Below are positions 53,326-64,000 of a stretch of 64,000 nucleotides of DNA, one piece after another (position 1 is the first letter of the stretch; every line of letters starts with the position of its first letter). The notes under the pieces were generated by a model. It was not told where the DNA came from. It saw nothing but the letters and a program-made list of their open reading frames with translations, and made no database searches. The position numbers and the translations under genes are program-made. This DNA is from the human T2T-CHM13v2.0 reference genome, Homo sapiens: the NCBI RefSeq assembly GCF_009914755.1, contig NC_060926.1; one strand, written 5' to 3'.

Positions 53326-54207
53326 GCACTTTACCCAAGTGGCTAATAAAGGAAACCTCCAAGGTCCTAGATCTAATTATATGTTTTAAATTTTATATTT
53401 GTTTTCAATAAAAAAAAACTCCCAATTGAAAGCTCCCAGGAAACCTGTATCATCTTCTGCCTACTTCTTTGGGAAGTTTACAGGGTCTGTAACCCTCTGC
53501 CCCCTGGATCCACTTCCCTGCAGTCAGGGCATTAGCCCTCCAGACACACCCAGTTACTGTACTCAGCCTGAGCTTCCCACACACATACCCTTTGGAATCA
53601 TAGGCCTAGAGGAGGCAGCCTAGGGGAGGGGAATATCAGAGGCCCTCAGAGGGCTGAATATCGGTAAAGAAAGTGCATGACATATCCCAGTTGTATCCAC
53701 ACAGCATATTTCAATCTCCCCACAACCCTGTGACGGGCACTGCTATGGTTTAAATGTATTACCCATATTTCTTTCTTTCTTTCCTTTCTTTCTTTTTAAT
53801 ATTATGTTTCATAATGGCTACTGTCTTTCAGGATTAGGTGGGTGACATTATGTATTGTGTCTAAATCAAAGTAGCTGCTTAATTAAAGATAGCTTTAATA
53901 ATAATGTTAGCATTTATTATTATTCATATTCTATAAAGACAAAGTCATCTCATCAATCTTAATTGTATAGTGTTTCTGTGTGCAATTGATAATTCTTAAA
54001 TTATTTACTCAAAGGTTTCTATACCGGTTAATTCTCATTTGCAAAAGTATCTTTCTAACATACAGATATATATTTTGTTGGTTAATAAAAATAAAAATAG
54101 TAATCTTTACTGTCATTATAGCATTATACTAGCACTTATTGAGTGCTTACTCAATGCCAAGCATTGAATAATTGCTACCTGTAGTAATAGTAGAAAATAA
54201 AGTAACA

Positions 54208-54534
<327 letters not shown>

Positions 54535-55298
54535 TTAATTTTCGTGATGACTAATGAAGTAACATGACAGTGTAACAGGGAATCAATAAATTAAGAAATG
54601 TGACCAAAGTTCTCTAGCTTGAAGAGGCAAAGTCGGGATGTGAATGAAAGTCTATCTAATTGTTGAGTCTATATTATTAAAACACTACTCCATAATAGCC
54701 CTTCATGTTCACAGAAACCCTAAACTTATAACCACATCAGACAGAAGAAGTAATGTACCTTAGTTCTGAAATATTTATCACCTTTGCCATTTAGTTTTCT
54801 CGGCATTCATTTCTCCCTTACTTGGACACCCTGACCTCCTTTTCAGTGTTTACTTCCTTTTCACTTTGAGTAATCATAGTGGGGCTGCCAAACAAGACAT
54901 CCTGCGCTCCTCAAAGTTTCTTTTAGAACTTTGTAAAACAGTGAGAACGTTCTCATGAGGAGATTTGTCTGTCCAATTGAATTTGAACCATGTCCTTTAA
55001 TTTCTAATAAACCATTTTGCCATAAATATGAGATTTTTAAACCTAAAAATTAGACATTTGATAGTCAGAAAGCAAGTCTTTATAACATCTTTCATTGTAT
55101 GTGAATGATATTATAAAAGACACTATGTAATAATACATTATCTGTGATGTAAAAAGTAGTGGAAAGTGAGATATATGGCAATTATTTCTGTTAAAATATT
55201 GTTTCTTTAAAAAGTTAATGATCTATCTTGAATGAATGAAAAAATGTGGTGTCTAAGACTCTAATATATAAAGTTCCAATTAGAAAGTAAAAGCCATC

Positions 55299-55688
55299 TG
55301 TATTAGTCCATTCTCATGCTGTTATAAAGATACTACAGAGACTGGATAATTTATAAAGGAAAGAAGTTTAATTGACTCACAGTTCCACATGGCTAGGGAG
55401 GTCTTAGGAAAGTTACAATCATGGTGGAAGGCAAAGGGGAAGAAAGGACCTTTTTTACATTGCTACAGGAGAGACAAGTGCAAGCAGTCGAAATGTCAGA
55501 CACTTATAATATCATCAGATCCTGTGAGAACCCACTCACTCTCATGAGACCAGCATGGGGGAAACCCCTCCCTACAATCCAATCACTTCCCTCCCTTGAT
55601 ACATGGATATTACAGGTCCCTCCCTGCATACTTGGGGATTACAATTCGAGATGAGATTTGGGTGGGGACAAAGAACCAAACTATATCA
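55299..55688 (-). mobile_element. THE1D-like MaLR solo LTR
   Basis: tgtattagtccattctcatgct...gagatttgggtggggacaaagaaccaaactatatca; TSD ccatc / ctatc. Confidence 0.9.
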
Positions 55689-58600
55689 CTATCTTTTATT
55701 GAAGTGAAGCCTATCTTCTGTGATGCCACATACTTCACTGAAACAGTGCCATACTTTGGGTCACCACATTAAGATAATAAACACCACCAAAATTATACTA
55801 TAATCTCTGACACATGACATAATCCACTGGAAACATTTAGAATAATAGAGAACATTTCTCTAAGTAATCATAGAGAATTCTTTTGTCATGTCTGGCTGAT
55901 GTGAATGAGCAGTGAAAAGGCCTTTAACCAAACTGTGTGATGTGTGAGCTTGATAACTGCTGTGATCAAATTCTTTAAATCACTGCAAGGCTTATTAAAA
56001 AAGATCCAAATGCTTTTGATTAAGAGAGTCATGCTTCGGCAAATCTGCAAGGAGCATCCAGCTGTGTATCATTTCACATGGCTCATGGGTTAGTTTTTGG
56101 TATTGTGTGTAAAAGATTTAGATATGAAAATTCAATTAAAAAAGGGAATTTTGGTAGCAAACAGTGCAGACTTCTGGGGAGACATTAGCAGTTTTTGTGC
56201 CCCTCCCTTTTTTTTACCCTTTACGACATGAATTCATGCAATAATTTTTATCTGCAGAGTATGTTTAGTAGAGTAAATTTTTTCTTTTCATGTACAACAA
56301 CCCGACACTCCTGCATACCATACTTTTCAGGCCTTAATGATTTAGAGAATGCTCAGAAGTGACTAATAAACAAACTGCTTTTGATAGAAGCCAGTGGTCA
56401 ATATGCCCAATAATATAGACCTAAAAGGCAAGTAGAGATACTCTACAGATAGCTTTTAAGAATAAAAAGAAAACCTATTTGATGTATGACCTCAAACATT
56501 TTTGAGGCCTCTAAACATTATTCTTGTTTTTGGTAAACAGCATTTTGGAAATGATTTCAGAGAGATGAACACATTAGACAATGAAAATTAAGTGGAAAAT
56601 TACAGAGCATCTATAATGTTTTATTTTAAAATTTCTCTAAAAATAAACTGTAACTTGTATTTGTTTACCTTATTTGTGCTCTTTCTCTGTGATGTGTTGA
56701 GTGTATGGGCCATATGCATAGTGGGCATACGGTTGGTTTTGGTTTGTCTAATAAACTAATGAACCAATTTGCAGGTTATTCATGTTAATATATTTTTGAA
56801 CATAATAATGTTATAAAATAAATACCTTAAGCAAATGTTAACATATTTTTGTATTAATATGAGTATTAACATCAATATCTATATTAATATCAACATTGTA
56901 TAAATATTTCTTTAAATATATTTCAGCAAAAAATAATAGGTGTTTACAATTGGAAAATAATATTTTGTTTTTAGTAATTTATTGATTAAGGATTTATTTT
57001 TTGAGCCTTAATAAACACCACACAGAAATTATTAAAGACATTTTTGTATTTATGAATTATATTCTTAGTATCTCCAGTTTCTCTGGTGTCCTACATATAA
57101 TGGTGCTTAGATTTGTGGACAAATATCACATCCCTGTTTATCAGAGGTCCTTGAAAAACTCTCGTTATGTCAGTGTTAATCCTTTTCACATAGAAAATGG
57201 TCTAAAAAGAAAAACAAAGAAATCTTGTAATTCCTTTGAGAGGATAAATACAGCCTAATGTATCACTATGAAAGAGAAGAGATAAGTTCTTCTCTGGAAA
57301 TCACAGGTATGAAAAGTTAGAAGGCTGTGTTAAGTATTTGTTTTTTACTTAGTAAATTCTCATCAAATACTCTTTGTAAGTTATATGATTCAGTTTAATT
57401 CTTTAATAGTATTGACATTTCCAGGGTTACAAAAGAAATTAGAGTAGTGATTATTTACACAATTGAATAAACAACTAATTTATCTTTCTAATAATGACTT
57501 GTCTAATATAAACTTTGGTAAATTTATGTCTTGCTATCTAAGAAGCTATCAATGTCTCAAAAAATAATATTTAAAAAAGACTAGCTATATTACACTAATT
57601 GTTATTATACAGAGGAACTAACATTTCTGAATATTATGAGGGCCAACGTTCAGAAGCTGAAAGGTTTCAGCACTATTTAGGTTGTATACAACGTCTATAA
57701 CACTTAATCTAAAAGTAATAACTCTTCTATCAGTAAGATCCCTGTAGCTTTGTGATGCAACTTATTGTAATAGGTGAATTATCTCCTGGTTGTGAATTGC
57801 GGTAAACATGAATTTAGTATTGCAATTTTTGATGTGTGGGTTCTCTTCTTTCTAGTGTCTCATATTACTCCTTATTGGAATGTGAACTGAAATGGAATGT
57901 ACTGACTAAATCAGGGAGAATAGCTGCTTGAAGCAAAGACTGGCTTGCCAAGTTAATAGCTGTTAACCAAGCATAACAAAGATAACTGAATAGTTCAAGT
58001 GATGAGAACAGCAAAAATAAAGGCAATAAAGTGTGAAATTAAAAGTTAAGTGGAGTAGCTAAGATGGACAAAAATGGACTTCTTTTTAAATCACAGAGTA
58101 AAACCAATTAAGCTCATCAATTTGTTAACAATGAACACATTCTGCAGACCTCTGGTGATGTATTTCAGACTCTTTCCCTAAAATTTGAGGGTACAGCTGT
58201 GTATTTTTGCATCTGTTCCTGGAGCAAACATCTAAAGCAGAGAACTTACAGTATAAAGTATATCACTGTGTTCTCTGTTTGAAGGGAAAGTTGATGCCCA
58301 CAAAATAACCATAACATCATGAAGGCTTATTGGGGCCAGGAGGGACACCTACCTCTCTGTACTTGGGTCACACACCCATGGTGTCAGAGGGCAGAGTTGG
58401 AAGAGGAAGTCGTATGGACATAACCATGAGCATGTTGGAAACAGCTGTGGAAGCACTTCTTGGGAGACTTCTGCTGGTCAGATACCACAGTCTGCTTCTT
58501 ATGGGAATTCTGCCATTCACGTTGCAAGTACTTCCACTATAGTAATGAAGTGACCTTAAGTAAACCACTAGTGACTAACGAGAGTAGCAGAGCAGAGTGG

Positions 58601-59679
58601 TTATAAGCACAATAACTAGAGAGGTTTCCTGATTAATTACATCATAAAGACCCATTTTCCCTATTTTGGAAACCGAGGTTCATAATACTTCTCTCAGGGT
58701 TCTGTGTGGGTTAAACAAATTAGATAACAAATGTAATATTCTTTAGTTAGTGTTTGCCACTTGGGGTCATTGTGTAAACACACGTGTGCTTGGGATCCAC
58801 ATGATCTGTTTTCTTTGCAGATTGAGTCTGTTCATATGAATTTTGAAAGAAGTTCCTGAGAGATTTTGTGAACATATGCATAATGAAGGAAAGCATAAAG
58901 GTGCAGAGGTCACAAAAGTGAACACTTTTTTACCTCTCCTTCCTGTGCCCACTGTTAAGACTTTTGCATGTCAAAGGAAAACAATGATTTAGATCACTCA
59001 ACCTTTTTGTTTGAGACCATTGCATTTCCTTGTGTGCTGTTGCTGGCACAGCGATCCTTCTGACTTTGCAGCATTGCTCTGAAGTACTCTCAGTTAACAA
59101 CCATCTATCAATGTGATGGTTATTGGTTTGTAACTATTGGCTATTTTACCACTCCCTAGTTCTGGACTTGACTCTAATTCCTTTTCTGTCCTTTAACATT
59201 CACCTAGCCAAAGGATGGATTCTTTAACATCTTATCACACATTAATGAGTTCTATACCTCCTCATTAATAAGTCAACACTGATTCCCAGATCAGCAAAGA
59301 ATTCCAGCTTTTAAATTTATGTATAATGAATGCGTGTATAATTTAAAAATATTAGATACCAATATTTTTAAAGAAAACAGAAAATACTATAGATTAGATG
59401 TATTGCAAACTATAAAATATGCTTGCAGTCAGCTTAGAAAAAGATGAAACTTTAAGAGGTGAATTTTAAAGATTATGTGGTACAGTTCAGTTTAATGGCT
59501 CTCTAGTTTTACTTACTAAAATATGAGTAAGTTTTATTTCATTATGATATTCAATGACTGTGAACATTAAAATTTCTCTCAAAAATGTTACTCTTAAATA
59601 ATAGCAAATAATATTAAATATAAAGACATACTGCAAAGGCATAGTATGTGGTAACAGTAAGGAAGACTGAGTGTCTTAG

Positions 59680-59868
59680 TGAGGGGTATGTCATAAAATC
59701 AAATGTTATCCACAATTAAATCTAACAAAAGACCCCTAAGCTAAAAACTACAAAACAATGCCGAAAGAAACCTAAAAGACCTAAGTAAATGGAGATATAC
59801 ACCAAGTTCATGGATTAAAAGTATCAATTCATGCAAAGATGGATCAATTAAGGAGAACAGAGTCAAAG

Positions 59869-59904
<36 letters not shown>

Positions 59905-59980
59905 TATTAGCGATTGATACAAAATAAAGGTCATAAGGTAATTGAATGGGAAAAGAGAACTTTCAACAAGTGATGTTGAG
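59680..59980 (+). mobile_element. L1M ORF2 fragment containing a (TACA)/(CA)n microsatellite at ~59869-59905
   Basis: aaaactacaaaacaatg...gacctaagtaaatggagatatacaccaagttcatggatt; ttcaacaagtgatgttg. Confidence 0.65.
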
Positions 59981-60014
59981 GATGTAATAACTGCCTTTCA
60001 GAATTGTTCTGATG

Positions 60015-60540
60015 TATTATTTATCATTGTGTAATAAGTTATTCTAAAATTTAACAGCTTAAATACAAACATATATTTTCTCACAAAATTGCTTAGAGTT
60101 AGGGGCCCAGGAATGGCTTAGCTGGGTCCTCTGACTCAGGGTTGCTCACAAATTTAAAGTTATCAGCCCAAGCTTCTATCATGTCATTGCTCAACCAGGG
60201 CTGGAGAGCCCGCTTCCAACATAGCTCGCATGGCTGTTGGAAGGCTTCACACTCCTTGGCTGTTGACTGCAGGCGTTAGTTCTTTTCCTTGTTGCATTTC
60301 CATAAAGATGCTCACACATTGCAGCTGCTTACCCCAGAGTGAATGATGACAGAGAAGGAAGACAAAGAGTGTGTCAGGGCCCAAATGGAAGCCTCAGCTT
60401 TTAAAATAATCACAGAAATGGCATACCACCCCTTTTTCTGTGTACTGTTGGTCACACAGAACAAACCTAGTACAAAAATGTAGAAGGGTACTGCACAAGG
60501 GTGTAAATACCAGGAGGTGAGAATCATTAACAACTATCAT
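60015..60540 (-). mobile_element. MLT1 (E/F-like) LTR
   Basis: ggaatggcttagctgggtcctctgactcaggg...cgcttccaac...gcatggctgttggaaggc...tgcacaagggtgtaaataccaggagg. Confidence 0.75.
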
Positions 60541-61329
60541 AAAACACTGGTTATCCCATGAAAATAAAAGAAGTTAAATGTACAAAGCACTCAGAACAGT
60601 TTCTGACAAAGCAGAAACACTATTCGAGCATTGTCTATTCCTATTATGACCTATACCAATTATTTTGATATTTTTGACAATAAAGTATCACATTTGAGAT
60701 AATATTATTACAGTTTATTCCATATTTGTAATTATGATTTTTTTCTTCTTACATCCTTTGTGGGATGATTGGTTGTAAGTTCACTGAAATTGATGTTTCA
60801 AATGCAGATAAGTTATTTTAGTATTTAATGTGAAGTTTTTAGGGTGAGATATGTGAGTGAATACAGGGACTGTCATTTCAGTGTCATGTGAATGCAGGGA
60901 ACTGCCCTCATAATTACAGGCTGATCCTGATTGCATTATATCCTACAATGAAAGTCTCTCATTCTAGACTTTGATAAATAATGCCATGTGGCAGTTTCCA
61001 GTTTCAGCATCAGCAAGTAGAGCCAATGTGCCAGGTGCAAGCTGAGATGATGTTTCAATGCACAACAATTTGGATGCCAATGTTAGTGCTTTGCTTCCTC
61101 TGATTCAGCTCATCTTTCTGACATTGAGCATTACTGAGGTCAGTGCTCTGGTGATATGAGGTCAAAATAAATGAAAGTCATTGTGGGTGATTCTTGCAAG
61201 ACACACATCTTTGCACAAAAAGTTGTTCACTTTATTGCTGCTTAATATGTTCCTTTTCAAAATTAGAATCATGAACTCTTTGAAATTTCACAGGTTGAGT
61301 GAGTGGATTTATAGCAACTGAGAATTATT

Positions 61330-61810
61330 AGGTCAACTTATAAAATAAGGAAACACAAACTTTAGATTTTTTGAGAAAAATAAGAATATGTTCTCTTCCA
61401 GCATAAATTTACAGTTGCCCTGACTCTGTTAAAAGGTGTAGCTTTTTGAAGGAATGCTTTGAAGACGATAAACACGCTATAGAACACAGCACCCCAGGTC
61501 TCTTGCCTCAGACGCTACATTCCTTAAAAGAAAAATGACCCTACTTCTTGCCTTTTCTTACACATAAAAAAGCCTACCGAGTTTAGCAATTATGCTCCTG
61601 CAAACTATAACTAGATGTACTCTTACAACCAAGCTCTCATATAATTTGCATGTACTGAATCTTCACTGCCTGAATAAAAACTATGAGCTGAAATGCTGCG
61701 TCAGAGCTGACAGAAATTCTCTCAAAGACTCTCCGAGGTTATAATCCTCAGTAAGATGGAATAAAACTAACTTTAATTATTTAAAACCCTGATTTTTCTT
61801 TAGCCTAACA
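61330..61810 (+). mobile_element. ERV1-class LTR, subfamily not assigned (5' boundary uncertain)
   Basis: TATA-like gaataaaaact, aataaaactaactttaa..., ends ttttctttagcctaaca. Confidence 0.5.
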
Positions 61811-61824
61811 TTTAAATAGACAAC

Positions 61825-62219
61825 TGTCTTTGTTTTTGTGTTGCTATCAAGGAATACCTAAGGCTGAGTAATTTACAAAGAAAAGAGCTTTATTTGACTC
61901 ATTGTTCTGCATCTGGTAAGGACATCAGGCAGCTTTGACTCACGGCAGAAGAGGCAGGGGGCCAGTGTGTGCAGAGATCATATGGTGAGAGAGGAAGCAA
62001 GAGTGAGAAGGGAGATATCAGGCTCCTTTTCACAACCACCTCTCAGGAGAACTGGAAGAGCAAGAATTCATTACCATGAGGATGGCACCAACCCATTCAT
62101 GAGGGATCTTCCCCCACAACCGAAACACCCCCCATTAGGCACTACCCCCAATACTACTGAAAGCCAAATTTTAATATGAGACTTGGTGAGGCTGAAAAAA
62201 CTAGACCAAAACCATAGCA
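61825..62219 (-). mobile_element. MSTB-like MaLR solo LTR
   Basis: gttgctatcaaggaatacctaaggctgagtaattt...gaggatggcaccaacccattcatgagggatct...aaaccatagca. Confidence 0.88.
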
Positions 62220-62374
62220 ATATCTGATCCAAAGCTATATCAGGTATGCTCCTCAGAGCTATAGTTCTATAAGATGTTAGTAGCTGTTGCATGATGTCAC
62301 TGGCATATGTAATTTCTTGACCATTCATACTTAAATTTTCACAATAACCTCCCAAATACTTTTCAGTAAATTAC

Positions 62375-62969
62375 CTTTCTCCCAGGGTGCATTTGAAAAC
62401 AGAGGCTGACACAAACTTTCAAGCTAGAATTTTGTTGATGAATATCATTCAAAGGAAGAAAACACGGATGGAAAGGAAGTGAGGTAGAGAAGAAGGAAAA
62501 GCAAATACAAGATAGTGCATTCCCAACCTCCAAGAAAACCAAGATGTTGACTCTGTCATGCAGAATACCTCTAGAGAGGCAGTTTAAAACCACTGCTCTT
62601 TGAATAGTCCTAGTTCCTATCTCTCATTAGCCAGTCCTTCCTGAACAACATTAAATCATCCACTCTTTAGAATGGTGTTGACCGTCTTCTCTTGACAGCA
62701 TCTGGGAGAAGACAAAGCTGCCCCTGGCATGGTCTTCTTGACACTGAAGTTTCTGTGACTCCCAGAGTGAAGCTTTTAATAGAGATCATGGAAGCCCGCT
62801 CCTCACCCAAGCATAGGCTGAGACTACTGTCTGTGTTATGAGACTGTGGCTTTGTGACTGAGAACTACTGCAAGAGCCTGCTGGCTGGCAAATTAGTCCA
62901 TCAGGAGAGGCCTGGAAGGCAGGTGGTGCTGAGCTAAGTCTGTGGAAGGTATAAACCAGGTCCAACACA
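62375..62969 (-). mobile_element. LTR33-like (ERVL) LTR
   Basis: gaaaacagaggctgacacaa...cctatctctcattagcca...ggtgctgagctaagtctgtggaaggtataaaccaggtccaacaca. Confidence 0.5.
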
Positions 62970-64000
62970 TAATATGTATATATATTTAAGAGGTATTGAG
63001 AGGAGAAAAAGGGACTTCTACTGAAGTCAAAGGGACTGAATCAATCATCCCCTAGGCCTCTTTCAACTAGTAATAGTACAATAAATTTGGTGCTTGTCCA
63101 TCTAGCAGAACTTGGCAAAGAAGTTTTCAGCAACTAAGTTTGCAACCCTTGGCTTCTCATGCACTTGAGGATATTAAAAACTATTCAGTTGAAGTGTTTT
63201 TTAAGATAGAGTTATAAATTTGTTGTGAGGGGATCATACCTTCCCCTTATCTCAAGTGTAATGATAAAGACTTAAATAAGGCCACTTGGAGAATTTTAGA
63301 GGTGTTGCTAAAGTTTGAACATTTGGCGGACACATGAACTAGTGTTTCCTCACTTGGAAAAAGCAAAAGGTTTCCTGTAACAGCAAAGTCATGATCTAGG
63401 CTGGTTTGGTAAAGGGTGCGAAATGACTAGTCCAAGGGCTGGATTTACCACTAGGTAATGGGAGAGGGAGAGAGAATGAAAGAAAGAGCTAACTCCAGAG
63501 AATCTATTTGTACCAGAAGCTGAAGGAGGAGTGGAGTCACAAATGTCCAGGCAGATCTTGTGTCACCTTTGCCTTGGAAATACAGATGAGAGACCTTCAC
63601 TTAATTCAGACTTCATCGTTATTTACTTATTTCCTCATATCTCTCTAACCTTGGTGTTGTTAGATTGGGTAGAACAAGAAGCTGGTCTAGCTGGGTCAAG
63701 GAAGAATTATAACTTTAAATTTACTCTTTTATTAAATCTGTTTGGGTACATTAATTTTAGAGTGAGGCTGTTTCAACGCTAAGGTGAGCAGGGAAGATTT
63801 GTTAGTGAAGATTGAACATCTGCGGAGCCTACCCAGATTTTATCCTGGATAGAGACAAAATGGTCTCAAGTAGTGAATTTCCAGGGGCAGTCTTAAGCAA
63901 AAAACTATAGTTATTTTATTTTGTTTTATAATTGTTCTCTATACCTTCTCATCTTCCAGTGTGCTGAAAATGTAATATTCATTTTATTTATTTCTATTTG

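Overview
Hominid (human or great-ape) genomic DNA. It is AT-rich and repeat-dense, with no host protein-coding gene I can recognise and no prokaryotic features (no CRISPR, rRNA or tRNA gene). The first 9.1 kb is the informative part: the 3' half of an SVA retrotransposon (+) ends its poly(A) tail directly against the 3' LTR of an 8.2-kb HERV-H/LTR7 provirus (-). The provirus has a tRNA-His PBS, two LTRs about 96% identical, a dead protease and a deleted RT. It keeps an open 647-codon RNase H-integrase frame, a full-length env broken by only two lesions, and a 247-codon leader ORF in the ESRG frame ending in a 15-unit G-rich 21-bp minisatellite. The remaining 55 kb is a typical patchwork of Alu, L1 (one twin-primed inversion), MIR/L2, MaLR/ERV LTRs and DNA transposon relics, plus a few small rearrangement signatures. 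I found no evidence for a wholly new biological system. Repeat subfamily names and comparisons with consensus or reference proteins come from recalled sequences and need Dfam/RepeatMasker/BLAST confirmation.
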